64,000 nucleotides of DNA from an uncultured delta proteobacterium (GTDB taxonomy: Bacteria; Desulfobacterota; Syntrophia; Syntrophales; UBA2185). The stretch covers positions 128,001 to 192,000 of the forward strand of contig CAVSPA010000010.1 of assembly GCA_963729715.1 (NCBI GenBank). The letters are read 5' to 3'. Shown here piece by piece: positions 40,828 to 51,263 of this stretch. Numbering within the stretch: position 1 is the stretch's first letter; each line of letters starts with the position of its first letter. The notes under the pieces are model-generated. The model was given only the letters and a program-made list of their open reading frames with translations. It did not search any database and was not told where the DNA came from. The position numbers and the translations under genes are program-made.

Positions 40828-41760
40828 TCAGATTAATTTGCGAAAATATTCAATTGTCCGCTCCAGGCCTTTCTCCAAATTCACATGCGGCTGCCAGCCC
40901 AGCATTTTACTGGCCAAGGAAATGTCGGGGTTGCGCTGCATGGGGTCATCCTCGGGCAGGGGCCTATGCACAATCTTCGAGCGGTTTCCCGTCATGCCTA
41001 TTACGGTCTTCGCCAAATCCATGATTCTGAATTCGTGGGGGTTCCCCAGGTTTACAGGACCGATGAAACCGTCGTCACTTTCCATCATCGCAATCAGACC
41101 GTCTACCATATCATCAACATAGCAGAACGATCTGGTCTGAGAACCATCGCCATATACCGTGATATCTTCGCCTTTCAATGCCTGTACGACGAAGTTGCTA
41201 ACTACGCGTCCATCGTTCAATGCCATACGTGGACCATAGGTATTAAATATTCTGGCAATCTTCACTTTAATATTGTTCTGGCGGTGGTAATCCATCATGA
41301 GACATTCCGCCGCCCTTTTCCCCTCGTCGTAGCAGCTTCTCGGTCCTATAGGGTTGACCCTTCCCCAGTATCCTTCCCTTTGGGGATGCATGTCGGGATC
41401 TCCGTATACCTCAGAGGTAGATGCCTGGAGAATCTTCGCATTGAGGCGCTTCGCCATGCCGAGGGCATTGATGGTCCCCATCACATTGGTCTTGATCGTC
41501 TTGATAGGGTTGTGCTGGTAGTGCACCGGCGAAGCCGGACAGGCGAGGTTATAGATATGATCCATCTCGAGGAAAATCGGGTTGATGATGTCGTGCCTGA
41601 TTAATTCAAAATGAGGGTTTGCAAGGAGATGGATTATATTCTCCCTGCTTCCGGTGAAAAAATTATCTAGGCACAGAATCTCATGGTCCTGCTCGATGAG
41701 TTTATCGCAGAGGTGAGAACCTAAGAATCCTGCACCGCCTGTAATCAGTATGCGCTTCAT
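40828..41760 (-). CDS. UDP-glucuronate decarboxylase (UDP-xylose synthase, SDR family)
   Basis: [46 protein letters not shown]. Confidence 0.95.
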   Translation of the reverse strand: MKRILITGGAGFLGSHLCDKLIEQDHEILCLDNFFTGSRENIIHLLANPHFELIRHDIINPIFLEMDHIYNLACPASPVHYQHNPIKTIKTNVMGTINALGMAKRLNAKILQASTSEVYGDPDMHPQREGYWGRVNPIGPRSCYDEGKRAAECLMMDYHRQNNIKVKIARIFNTYGPRMALNDGRVVSNFVVQALKGEDITVYGDGSQTRSFCYVDDMVDGLIAMMESDDGFIGPVNLGNPHEFRIMDLAKTVIGMTGNRSKIVHRPLPEDDPMQRNPDISLASKMLGWQPHVNLEKGLERTIEYFRKLI

Positions 41761-41971
41761 GTCTGCTTATGCTGGGGATATTTCAATATCTCCGTTATGT
41801 TTGTTCAGAATCCGCTTTCTTCGGCTCTTCATAGCAGCCTGGAATTTTTGTTTTGATGGTTTTTTCTTGTCAGGTTTGGTATTAAACGAAAACCATCCCG
41901 ATATGTCAATAAGAAAACGTACTCGGGGCCATTTAAATTGTTCAATGTGTCTGATATAATCTTTCTTTCAT

Positions 41972-42820
41972 ATGGGCAATAATATCAAAAAAGGTGCGCT
42001 TTATATCGTGGCAACCCCTATTGGGAACCTCGAGGATATAACCCTCAGGGCCATACGTGTGCTCAAGGAGGTTGGGATTATAGCGGCCGAGGATACGAGA
42101 AGGACAAGAAAACTGCTGGGAGCTTATCAGATCAGCACGCCCATGAGCACTCTCTATGATCGCATCGAAGGCGCGAAGAGCAGTATTCTGATTTCTAAAA
42201 TGAATGAGGGTATCGATGTAGCGATAGTATCAGATGCCGGAACACCGGGCATATCCGATCCGGGGTATGTTCTTGTCAGCAAGGCTATTGCCGAGGGAAT
42301 TGAGATTATTCCCGTTCCCGGTGCGTCAGCACTTGTGGCGGCGCTCTCCATATCCGGTCTGCCCACGGACGCTTTTGCCTTTTATGGATTCCTGCCATCG
42401 CGATCCGGCAAGAGGAAACAGTTTTTAGCGACTGTCAGGGACGAAGCGAAGACCCTGGTATTCTATGAATCCCCCAAGAGGCTAATGGAGTCGTTTCGCG
42501 ATATCGGAGAAGTTCTCGGCGACCGGAATGTCGTCGTCTTGAGGGAAATGACGAAAGTCTTTGAAGAGGTCATACGGGGAACGGTACGTGAAGTGATCAA
42601 TCAGCTGCGGGGAAGGGCTGTTAAAGGTGAAGTGACGCTGGTTATAGGGAGGGCAGAAAATATCCCTTTTTCGTTTTCCGATGCTGAAATTCTGGCGAAA
42701 TATGTAGAGTTGAGGAAGAATTCCGATTCTTCCCGGAGGGACATTATCGAAAAACTCGCCAAAGAACTGGGAATCCCCAGAAGAAGGGTCTACGGGTTGG
42801 TGGCAAAGCATATTTGCTGA
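41972..42820 (+). CDS. rsmI: 16S rRNA (cytidine1402-2'-O)-methyltransferase
   Basis: ATPIGNLEDIT.RA, AEDTR, SDAGTPGISDPG, YESP.R. Confidence 0.97.
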   Translation: MGNNIKKGALYIVATPIGNLEDITLRAIRVLKEVGIIAAEDTRRTRKLLGAYQISTPMSTLYDRIEGAKSSILISKMNEGIDVAIVSDAGTPGISDPGYVLVSKAIAEGIEIIPVPGASALVAALSISGLPTDAFAFYGFLPSRSGKRKQFLATVRDEAKTLVFYESPKRLMESFRDIGEVLGDRNVVVLREMTKVFEEVIRGTVREVINQLRGRAVKGEVTLVIGRAENIPFSFSDAEILAKYVELRKNSDSSRRDIIEKLAKELGIPRRRVYGLVAKHIC

Positions 42821-43069
42821 GGACGAAGACGGTCCTACTATTTCCTTGAACAGTTCCCGCAGGTATGATAACTCATTAACGTTCCGGCCCATATAGGGGC
42901 AGCATGATCTTTTTATAAAAAAGCCACGAACTGTGATAAGTGATGTGGGCTTCCTAAAAACTGCGAGCGATGAAGCGGTCACGTTGGAAGTGCTTACGGC
43001 CGCGCAGATCAGGGAATTTTTATACAAAGGTGCGAAGGTTCAAATGCCGCATGCAAAGTGGGAGTGCAT

Positions 43070-43483
43070 ATGGATGCGATATCCAAACATTTGGTTGGTG
43101 TGTTACGGGAGGGCAGCAAGGAAAACGTTCCGGATACGAGAACTGAGGATGTCCTTGTGGATGGCCGTCTATTAAAACCGGATGACAGGATCTACGACCT
43201 CGTTGACGTCGTTGATGAGAACGCCGGCGCTGAAACCAAACATGACCGAGAAATCATTGTCATCGATGGCCGGGTATACGAGAGAGTATCGAGACCGGGG
43301 AATGAAGTCCATGATGCAGTGGATGCTGTGGAAACGGGTTCCGGCGGATATTTTCATGATCCGGGCCTGAATGATGAAGTAATGAAAAAGGTCAGTGAAA
43401 TTGCTGAAAGGATTGCGAAGGAGATAGTTCCTCAGATTGCCGAGAGAGTTATCAGAGAAGAGATTAACAAGTTAAAGAGATGA
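43070..43483 (+). CDS. Acidic hypothetical protein with PopZ/RomR-like C-terminal helix
   Basis: C-terminal IAERIAKEIVPQIAERVIREEINKLK; internal duplicated DGR...D.VD.V motif. Confidence 0.6.
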   Translation: MDAISKHLVGVLREGSKENVPDTRTEDVLVDGRLLKPDDRIYDLVDVVDENAGAETKHDREIIVIDGRVYERVSRPGNEVHDAVDAVETGSGGYFHDPGLNDEVMKKVSEIAERIAKEIVPQIAERVIREEINKLKR

Positions 43484-44160
43484 ATCGGCTTTTTATTATT
43501 GTATTAGTAATTGCAGCTTGTACTTTCCTTTTGATCCCTGAGGGATTTTCACAGGATGATGGCAATATCTGGACAGTAGAGACAGAAGGTACGGGACTCA
43601 TAACAAACAATGATTTAGCCGGTGCCCGAAATAAAGCCATCAATGATGCTTTGCGAAAAGCTGTAGAACAGGCAGTAGCATCGTTGATCCCTCTCCAGAC
43701 CCTTGATAATAAGAGGTCTCAGGCGATCAGAGACGGGATATATACAAAGAGTAACCAATATGTCCACGATTACAAAATCAGCAGCGAGCGACAAATCCCA
43801 AAAGTCTATGTGATTGATGTCAGATCAGCGGTATTTATAGGCAGTATAAGAGATGATCTTCAGACCCTCGGGCTTCTCAAGCTGGACAAGGATAGGGTTT
43901 CGTCAACAGAGATAGCGGTTATAGTAAAAGGCCTGACAAGCTGTGCCGACTACATAAGAGCCAGAGGACTGCTCACGACAAAGGTGAAGGGCGTCAGAAA
44001 TGTTTATCAGCGTCAGATCGCCTGGGGTACGGCGAGGCTGGGTCTGGATTTTCAGGGACCGGTCCAGTCATTATCGGATGAACTGATAAAGACGGGGCAT
44101 TTTTCCCTGATAATTGGTCTCATAGATCGAAATTATTTTGAGGTCACCTTCTTGAAATAG
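43480..44160 (+). CDS. Secreted protein with FlgT N-terminal-like domain
   Basis: Signal peptide; VETEG...ARNKAINDALRKAVEQAV motif. Confidence 0.65.
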   Translation: MNRLFIIVLVIAACTFLLIPEGFSQDDGNIWTVETEGTGLITNNDLAGARNKAINDALRKAVEQAVASLIPLQTLDNKRSQAIRDGIYTKSNQYVHDYKISSERQIPKVYVIDVRSAVFIGSIRDDLQTLGLLKLDKDRVSSTEIAVIVKGLTSCADYIRARGLLTTKVKGVRNVYQRQIAWGTARLGLDFQGPVQSLSDELIKTGHFSLIIGLIDRNYFEVTFLK

Positions 44161-44232
44161 AAATGACGGTGGAATGATCCTTTCCACGTGGGCCGTGAGT
44201 GCCCCTAGATGGAATGGAGTGAGGCTTAGATA

Positions 44233-44832
44233 TTGATGGGTCGGTTTTATCGAATATTTGTGATGATAAGTGTGCTAATCGCCGCGCAGGGCTGCGCATG
44301 GAAGCAACCCTACACTGTGAATCCCGACTACAGCAAGAAAGGCACAAGGCTTATTGCCATATTGCCCGTGAATATGAAATCAGGTGATGCCAAGGCCGGC
44401 CAGATGCTGAGGGAAATGGTTCTTAATGAACTTTATTTCAAAGGTTATCCTAAAGTTTCGTTACAAGGCATGGATGAAAAACTAGCCAAAATATATAAGG
44501 GCAATATGGATTTCAAGAGAGAGAATATTCCTCCCAAGGCCATAGGTGATCTGCTCGGTGTCGATGCCGTACTGTATGCTTCTTTAGAAGAATGCTCCAC
44601 TGACTTCTCATTTGTTTACGCGCCTACACACGTCTCCGTGTTTTTCGAATTGCGTAGTGCAAAGACGGGGGAAACTCTCTGGAGTTACCGTAATAAAACC
44701 GTAAAAAGGAATTACGGAATTTCGCGTGAACAGCTTGAGATGGAATCCTGCCAAGTCTATGAACCGGCAATGCAGGAAGTTGTAGATAAGGCCATGCGGA
44801 CTCTGCCCGATGGTCCTGATTCTCCGGGATAA
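44233..44832 (+). CDS. Lipoprotein, GNA1162/DUF799-like
   Basis: Lipobox AQGC; IAILP.N; KGY; LGVDAVLY; L.S.KTGETLW. Confidence 0.75.
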   Translation: MMGRFYRIFVMISVLIAAQGCAWKQPYTVNPDYSKKGTRLIAILPVNMKSGDAKAGQMLREMVLNELYFKGYPKVSLQGMDEKLAKIYKGNMDFKRENIPPKAIGDLLGVDAVLYASLEECSTDFSFVYAPTHVSVFFELRSAKTGETLWSYRNKTVKRNYGISREQLEMESCQVYEPAMQEVVDKAMRTLPDGPDSPG

Positions 44833-44939
44833 CGCACCTCCACACCCTTTTGAACATGGACAAGGCCACAAGCTCTGCATGATTTTTTCCGGATTGCGGT
44901 TTCGGGTATGTATGTTTGACCACGAATAAGGAGACGCAG

Positions 44940-45707
44940 ATGAAGAAGATAATATTTTTTTTGTGCATAATGTCATTTGTGTTGGTTAGTTCTCAAGTGC
45001 TCGCGGCAAAGAGAATTATGGAGCTGAAGATTGGCAGAGGCGAGGCCAAAGTCAATGTTTTGGATGGATCGGCTCAGATTCTTCAAGCCGGGAAAAAGAC
45101 ATGGCGTTCGTTGAACATGGGAGACACTCTCAGAGGCGGCGATGAAGTTAATACGGGATCTAAAGCGAGACTGGAGCTGGTCCTCCCGGACTATTCCGCA
45201 GTGCGCTTTGCCGGCAACTCCCATTTTATGGTTCTTCAGGTTGATTCTGGCGGTGATACCGTACCGAGGAACATGAAGTTTCATGTAGCTGTAGGAAGAA
45301 CCTGGGCCAATGTCAGCAAGGCCGTGGGGAAAAGGGGTCAATTCGAGCTGCGGTCTGAAAATGCTGTAGCCGGTGTGAGGGGCACGATTTATCGTATGAA
45401 TGTGGAGAAAGACAAGTCGGCCCTGGTAAGGGTATATGACGGAACCGTGCACGTATCGGGTGGCGGTTCGGCCATGGAGCCGCCCCCAATGATCGGTCCT
45501 CCCCAGAAAATCGCGGGTCCCACCCCGATTCCCGGTCCGAAGAAAGTCACAATGGAGGAATGGGTCTTTATTATTAAATCGATGCAGCAGATAAGCATTG
45601 GAGCTGATGGAACGGCGCAAAAACCGCGAGACTTTACTGAAAAAGAAGATCGCGACGAGTGGGTGGACTGGAACAAGGCGAGAGATCAGGAATTGGGATC
45701 GAACTAA
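44940..45707 (+). CDS. FecR-domain secreted protein
   Basis: Signal peptide; GD...[15 protein letters not shown]. Confidence 0.8.
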   Translation: MKKIIFFLCIMSFVLVSSQVLAAKRIMELKIGRGEAKVNVLDGSAQILQAGKKTWRSLNMGDTLRGGDEVNTGSKARLELVLPDYSAVRFAGNSHFMVLQVDSGGDTVPRNMKFHVAVGRTWANVSKAVGKRGQFELRSENAVAGVRGTIYRMNVEKDKSALVRVYDGTVHVSGGGSAMEPPPMIGPPQKIAGPTPIPGPKKVTMEEWVFIIKSMQQISIGADGTAQKPRDFTEKEDRDEWVDWNKARDQELGSN

Positions 45708-45750
45708 CAGCACATAATAAATCCATAGTGCAAATCGGACATAACAGCCA

Positions 45751-46290
45751 ATGAATTTGCCCAATCTGTTGACACTGGTTAGGATCCTTCTTGTGCCTAT
45801 CACGGTGATCTTTCTCATGCAGGGGGCATTTGGGAAGGCACTCATTCTGTTGGTTGTTTCAGGGATTACAGATGCCTTGGACGGCTTTTTTGCCCGTATA
45901 TTAAACCAGCAGACAGTGCTCGGTTCATATCTGGATCCGATAGCCGATAAGGCCCTTTTCGCAAGCTGTTTTGTGACTTTGTCTATAAAAGGAGTAATTC
46001 CGGGATGGTTCACAGTCATCGTCATCAGCAGGGACTTTATCATCCTTGTCGGCATTGCCATACTGTCAATCATGTCCATCCCGTATGAGATCCGCCCTTC
46101 ATTCATCGGCAAGCTTACAACAGCGCTGCAATTGATCACTCTGGTGTTCTTCCTTGTCTCCCGTATTCTTCCGGGGACGATCGATCATGTGTGGCTTTTA
46201 ATTTTCCAGTGGATCACAATAGCGTTCACCATAATTTCCGGGCTGAATTATATGTTGAGGGGCATTAAACTAAACAGTCACGGGACTTAG
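45751..46290 (+). CDS. CDP-alcohol phosphatidyltransferase (PgsA-like)
   Basis: NLPNLLT..R, TDALDG..AR, G..LDPIADK. Confidence 0.92.
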   Translation: MNLPNLLTLVRILLVPITVIFLMQGAFGKALILLVVSGITDALDGFFARILNQQTVLGSYLDPIADKALFASCFVTLSIKGVIPGWFTVIVISRDFIILVGIAILSIMSIPYEIRPSFIGKLTTALQLITLVFFLVSRILPGTIDHVWLLIFQWITIAFTIISGLNYMLRGIKLNSHGT

Positions 46291-46396
46291 ATGCACCAGA
46301 GGCGTGCCTTCGAAAATACGCAAATCGCAATATTTGCTTGACATAACGCTGTATTACTGTTAAAAATCGTTCCCTTCTTTTGGAGAGCCCTGATGT

Positions 46397-46471
46397 AGGC
46401 ACGTAGCTCAGGGGGAGAGCGCCATCCTGACGCGGTGGATGTCCAGGGTTCAAATCCCTGCGTGCCTACCA
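46397..46471 (+). tRNA. tRNA-Val (anticodon GAC)
   Basis: AGGCACG...CGTGCCT-ACCA acceptor stem; anticodon arm CCATC-CTGACGC-GGTGG; GGTTCAAATCC T arm. Confidence 0.95.
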
Positions 46472-46521
46472 TTTTTTATCAGTAAGAAATAAGAACGAGA
46501 TATGACGATTTAATTATCAGT

Positions 46522-46560
46522 AAGGGCATCAGCGGGGGATATGCGGTGATGCCTTTTCTT
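46522..46560 (+). terminator. Terminator-like hairpin after tRNA-Val
   Basis: AAGGGCATC...GATGCCTTT stem followed by T-rich tail. Confidence 0.55.
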
Positions 46561-46623
46561 GTAGAAGCATGATTGACTGTGTCTCAAAATAGTTTAAATG
46601 TTAAAAATTTCGGGTTTTAGTCT

Positions 46624-48543
46624 ATGAATGAAATAAGGATTGTATTACCGGACGGTTCTGCCGGTCAGTGTAATCGCGGCACGACGATTAAAGGGATTAT
46701 TTCATCATGGAAAAAGGAGATGCTTCCTTCACTGGTTGCGGCGAAACTCAATAATAAGCCTGTTGATTTGAGCCAGCCGATTATCGAGGAGCCCGCCGCG
46801 ATTTCGTTAATCAGTGTTGAAGCGAAGGAAGGCCTCGAAATTCTGCGCCACAGCATATCGCATGTCATGGCACAGGCGGTGAAAGATTTGTTTGACGGGG
46901 TTCAGATTACTATTGGTCCCTCTATTGAAGAAGGCTTTTATTACGACTTTGACTATAGGGAGAACTTCACTCCGGAAGACCTCGCGAAAATTGAAGAGCG
47001 TATGCGCGAGATCATAGCCGCTGATTACCCGTTCGCTCGCCAGGAGATGTCGAGGCAGGAGGCCGTCTCTTTTTTTAGGGAAAGGGGTGAAACCTATAAA
47101 GTCGAACTTCTCAACGATTTACCAGAGGACGTAAGAATAATTAGTTTGTACAGCCAAGGCGGCTATGTAGACCTATGTCGAGGACCCCATGTTCCATCTA
47201 CGGGGATGATCAGGGCTTTTAAGCTGTTAAATGTGGCAGGGGCATACTGGAGAGGCGACGAGAAGAATAAGATGCTCCAGCGTATATATGGGACAGGCTT
47301 TGCGACGGAAGAAGCGCTTGCCGAATATCTGCATATTGTCGAAGAGGCGAAGAAGAGGGATCACCGAAAACTGGGAAAAGAATTAGACCTGTTTCAGATG
47401 AATGACGAAGCAGGTCCTGGGCTTATCATCTTTCATCCTAAAGGAGCCAGACTGAGAAACATCATTGAGGACTGGGAGAGGAAGGAGCATCTGAAACGGG
47501 GATACGATATGGTTGTAGGGCCGCAGATACTAAAAGCCGATCTGTGGAAAAGATCCGGGCATTTCGACCATTACAGAGAAAACATGTATTTCACCGAAGT
47601 AGATAATCAGGCCTATGGTATAAAGCCCATGAACTGTCTGGCACACATGCTGATATATAAATCGAAGATTCGCAGCTACCGCGATTTGCCGCTTAGGTAT
47701 TTCGAACTTGGTACGGTACACAGACATGAGAAAACAGGGGTTCTGCACGGTCTCATGAGGGTGCGCCAGTTTACCCAGGATGATGCACATATACTGTGCA
47801 CGCCGGAGCAGTTAAATGGTGAAATCACCGCCATTGCAGATTTCGTAAGCTATGCGATGAAAGTTTTTGGTTTTGACTACGACGTGGAGCTCAGCACGAG
47901 GCCGGAAAAATCTATAGGCTCCGATGAGGAATGGGAAATGGCAACGGCGGCCTTGGAGGGAGCCCTCAAAATAAACAAGATTGAATATGAGGTTAATGAA
48001 GGAGATGGCGCGTTTTATGGGCCCAAGATTGATTTCAAGTTAAAAGACGCCCTGAAGAGAAAATGGCAATGTGCGACGATCCAGTGTGATTTTACACTTC
48101 CGGATCGATTTGATCTCAGCTATATCGGCGCAGACGGAGAAAAACATCGTCCCGTAATGTTGCACAGGGTGATATTAGGTGCAATAGAGCGGTTCATGGG
48201 TGTGTTAATAGAGCATCATGCGGGCGCCTTTCCAGTATGGCTGTCACCGGTTCAGGCAGTTCTGATGACTGTTACGGACAAGCACATTCCTTATGGAGAA
48301 AGGGTCTACACGGAGCTCGCTGAAGCGGGAATTCGTGCAGAGAGGGATTTTAGAAATGAGAAACTGGGATATAAGATCAGAGAAGCACAGATGCAGAAAG
48401 TACCCTATATGCTAGTAATCGGTGACCGGGAGATGGAATCGAACAGGGTTTCGCCCCGCGAGCGAAGTGGTAAGGACCTTGGCGCCACAGGTGTTAATGA
48501 GTTTATTGAATTGGTGAGAGAAAGATCTGCGCAGTATCAATAG
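46624..48543 (+). CDS. thrS: Threonine--tRNA ligase
   Basis: [39 protein letters not shown]. Confidence 0.98.
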   Translation: MNEIRIVLPDGSAGQCNRGTTIKGIISSWKKEMLPSLVAAKLNNKPVDLSQPIIEEPAAISLISVEAKEGLEILRHSISHVMAQAVKDLFDGVQITIGPSIEEGFYYDFDYRENFTPEDLAKIEERMREIIAADYPFARQEMSRQEAVSFFRERGETYKVELLNDLPEDVRIISLYSQGGYVDLCRGPHVPSTGMIRAFKLLNVAGAYWRGDEKNKMLQRIYGTGFATEEALAEYLHIVEEAKKRDHRKLGKELDLFQMNDEAGPGLIIFHPKGARLRNIIEDWERKEHLKRGYDMVVGPQILKADLWKRSGHFDHYRENMYFTEVDNQAYGIKPMNCLAHMLIYKSKIRSYRDLPLRYFELGTVHRHEKTGVLHGLMRVRQFTQDDAHILCTPEQLNGEITAIADFVSYAMKVFGFDYDVELSTRPEKSIGSDEEWEMATAALEGALKINKIEYEVNEGDGAFYGPKIDFKLKDALKRKWQCATIQCDFTLPDRFDLSYIGADGEKHRPVMLHRVILGAIERFMGVLIEHHAGAFPVWLSPVQAVLMTVTDKHIPYGERVYTELAEAGIRAERDFRNEKLGYKIREAQMQKVPYMLVIGDREMESNRVSPRERSGKDLGATGVNEFIELVRERSAQYQ

Positions 48544-48687
48544 CCGACAATAAGGAGATAGTTGGAAGCGGGAAGTCAACATGAAGACACTTGTAAGAAC
48601 CGGAGGTCCGGAGCGTCTGGATTCTTTGACATTAGCATGTATTTAGGATATTGATATTCGACTTTAATATTATTCAGGAGGTGTCGC

Positions 48688-49194
48688 ATAGCTAAGGATT
48701 TGAACATAAATGAAGAGATCAAGGCCACTGACGTCAGAGTGATTGATGAAGGCAAGCAGCTGGGCATTATGTCTCTTGCGGCGGCACTGGAGGTGGCTGT
48801 CAAGGCGGGGCTGGATTTGGTTGAGGTCGCTCCCAATTCTTCACCGCCGGTTTGCCGAATCATGGACTATGGAAAATTCAGATACCAGCAGAGCAAGAAG
48901 CAACAGGTCGCTAAAAAAAGTCAGAGCACCATTCAGGTAAAAGAGATAAGGATAAGACCGAAGACCGACGAACATGACCTGCAGGTAAAGATTAAACATA
49001 TTAAGAAATTTCTCGGCCAGAACGATAAGGTGAAGATAACCATGATGTTCAGGGGACGTGAGATGGCTTATACCGACCTGGGCAGGAAGATTATGGAGGA
49101 CGTGCAAAGGACGCTGGCAGATGTGAGCATTGTTGATCAGCATCCTAAGCTCGAGGGCAGAAACATGATTATGATGGTATCGCCCAAGAAATAG
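48688..49194 (+). CDS. infC: Translation initiation factor IF-3 (non-canonical ATA start)
   Basis: AGGAGGT RBS then in-frame ATA; INEEI, LDLVEV, PPVCRIMDYGK, KVKITMMFRGRE. Confidence 0.95.
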   Translation: MAKDLNINEEIKATDVRVIDEGKQLGIMSLAAALEVAVKAGLDLVEVAPNSSPPVCRIMDYGKFRYQQSKKQQVAKKSQSTIQVKEIRIRPKTDEHDLQVKIKHIKKFLGQNDKVKITMMFRGREMAYTDLGRKIMEDVQRTLADVSIVDQHPKLEGRNMIMMVSPKK

Positions 49195-49349
49195 AAAGTT
49201 ACAAAAAACTTGCTTCTGAATTGGAAATCGTAAAAAATATAAAAATCTGACTGCGGGACATCTTGAGTATCACGGCAGCCGTAATTTGCCCTTGTCCTAA
49301 GGATTTAGAAATTAGAAGTTGAAATTTTTCATGCAAGAGGAGTGATTTA

Positions 49350-49547
49350 ATGCCAAAGATAAAGACACACAGGGGCGCGGCCAAACGGTTTAGCCTGACG
49401 GGAACCGGCAAGGTGAAGAGGAGTAAGGCATACGGTAGCCACATTCTCACAAAAAAAACGACAAAGAGAAAGAGAAATTTGCGGAAGTCTGCTATTCTTG
49501 ACAAGAGGGATACCCACGGCATTAAGATGTTAATTCCCTACATGTAG
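49350..49547 (+). CDS. rpmI: 50S ribosomal protein L35
   Basis: [20 protein letters not shown]. Confidence 0.98.
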   Translation: MPKIKTHRGAAKRFSLTGTGKVKRSKAYGSHILTKKTTKRKRNLRKSAILDKRDTHGIKMLIPYM

Positions 49548-49637
49548 GATAGAAATGAGACATTTAAACTAGATATTTTTTTGTCTTGATCATGGGATCT
49601 AATAGTTATTTTGATAAGAGTTGGGAGATAAAGAGAT

Positions 49638-50000
49638 ATGCCGAGAGTAAAAAGAAGTATCACTGCTAAGAAAAAGAGACGAAAAATCCTGAAAATGGCG
49701 AAGGGCTTTTTTGGTGCGCGCAGCCGTTTGTTGAGGACGGCCACCGAAGCCGTTGAACGGTCAATGAAGTACGCCTACAGGGACAGAAGAGTGCGAAAAA
49801 GAGATTTCAGAAAACTCTGGATTGCGAGAATTAATGCGGCTGCTCGAATCAATGAAATATCATATAGCCGGTTAATCTACGGCATGAAGAAAGCAGGCGT
49901 GGAGATTGACAGAAAGATCCTTGCCGAGCTTGCCGTTCATGATCCGCGAGGATTTTCTGAGATAGTCGGTATCGCAAAAGGTAAGCTGGCGGCATGCTGA
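49638..50000 (+). CDS. rplT: 50S ribosomal protein L20
   Basis: [28 protein letters not shown]. Confidence 0.98.
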   Translation: MPRVKRSITAKKKRRKILKMAKGFFGARSRLLRTATEAVERSMKYAYRDRRVRKRDFRKLWIARINAAARINEISYSRLIYGMKKAGVEIDRKILAELAVHDPRGFSEIVGIAKGKLAAC

Positions 50001-51010
50001 AGGAACTTGAGGAGCTTCAAAGGCTGGCAGAATCCGAGTTAAAGAAGTCAAAGACCGAAGAGGAGCTCCTCGCAGTAAAAACAAAGTATTTGGGAAGAAA
50101 GGGTATTCTAACAAAGCTTCTCCGTGGCTTAGGAGATATAGAGCCTGAGGTAAGGCCACAAGTCGGGAATCGCTGTAATGAAATCAAAGCTACGCTGACT
50201 GCTGCAATAGAGAATGCTCTCAAAGATCGAGCCTCTCTCAAGAAGGGGGAGGTTCTTCTTCGCGATAGAATCGATGTAACACTCCCAGGCAGAAGAGTTC
50301 GTTTTGGCAAGGAACATCCCGTATCATCGGTTTGCAAGGATATTTGCGACATATTTGCGGGACTCGGCTTCTCAACCGTCCAGGGCCCGGAAATTGAGCT
50401 CGACTATTACAATTTTGAGGCTTTGAATATTCCCAAAGACCACCCTGCACGAGATATGCAGGATACATTCTATGTGGAAGATAATATCGTGCTGCGTACC
50501 CATACCTCACCGGTGCAAATAAGAGTTATGGAAAAGCAGCGGCCACCGATCAGAATTCTCTCACCGGGTAGGGTGTATCGACCCGATTCCGACATCTCTC
50601 ATACCCCGATGTTTCATCAGATTGAAGGTCTCCTGGTTGATAAAGGAGTCACCTTCGGCGATCTGAAAGGTGTTCTTACGTTATTTCTTAAGCAGATGTT
50701 CGGCGGTGACACGGCGCTCAGATTTCGCCCCAGCTTCTTCCCTTTTACCGAGCCCTCTGCTGAGGTAGATATAAGGTGCGTCATGTGCAGAGGCGCGGGC
50801 TGTCGAGTCTGTTCTCAGAGCGGCTGGCTCGAAATACTAGGTTCCGGCATGGTAGATCCGGAGGTCTTCAAGAATGTAAATTACGACCCGGAGGAATTTT
50901 CCGGTTTCGCTTTCGGCTTGGGCCTCGAAAGGATTGCCATGTTGAAGTACGGGATATCGGATATCCGGTTGTTCTTCGAGAATGACTGGAGGTTTCTGGA
51001 GCAGTTCTGA
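49994..51010 (+). CDS. pheS: Phenylalanine--tRNA ligase alpha subunit
   Basis: [32 protein letters not shown]. Confidence 0.98.
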   Translation: MLKELEELQRLAESELKKSKTEEELLAVKTKYLGRKGILTKLLRGLGDIEPEVRPQVGNRCNEIKATLTAAIENALKDRASLKKGEVLLRDRIDVTLPGRRVRFGKEHPVSSVCKDICDIFAGLGFSTVQGPEIELDYYNFEALNIPKDHPARDMQDTFYVEDNIVLRTHTSPVQIRVMEKQRPPIRILSPGRVYRPDSDISHTPMFHQIEGLLVDKGVTFGDLKGVLTLFLKQMFGGDTALRFRPSFFPFTEPSAEVDIRCVMCRGAGCRVCSQSGWLEILGSGMVDPEVFKNVNYDPEEFSGFAFGLGLERIAMLKYGISDIRLFFENDWRFLEQF

Positions 51011-51263
51011 TGCTCAGGATTTAAATTATTGATAGCAGAAACGGCAATTCTTCTTCAAACAATTATGAAAATAAATCGTCTCGGTCAAATCACAACTGCG
51101 AATGATTAAATCCTAAACAAGCATGAATGTGGAAGACCACATTATCCAAGCAGTAGGATTTTGAATAGATATTTGAACTTCTTAAGGGTATCCACGATTC
51201 GCAGTTCGAATATAAGCCTCATGAATTTTAAATGATCACGGCCAAGACTTAGGATTTGCATTT

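Noticed and set aside
44973..46139. 388-aa minus-strand ORF
   Set aside because: Antisense to the well-supported FecR-domain and CDP-alcohol phosphatidyltransferase genes; no motifs
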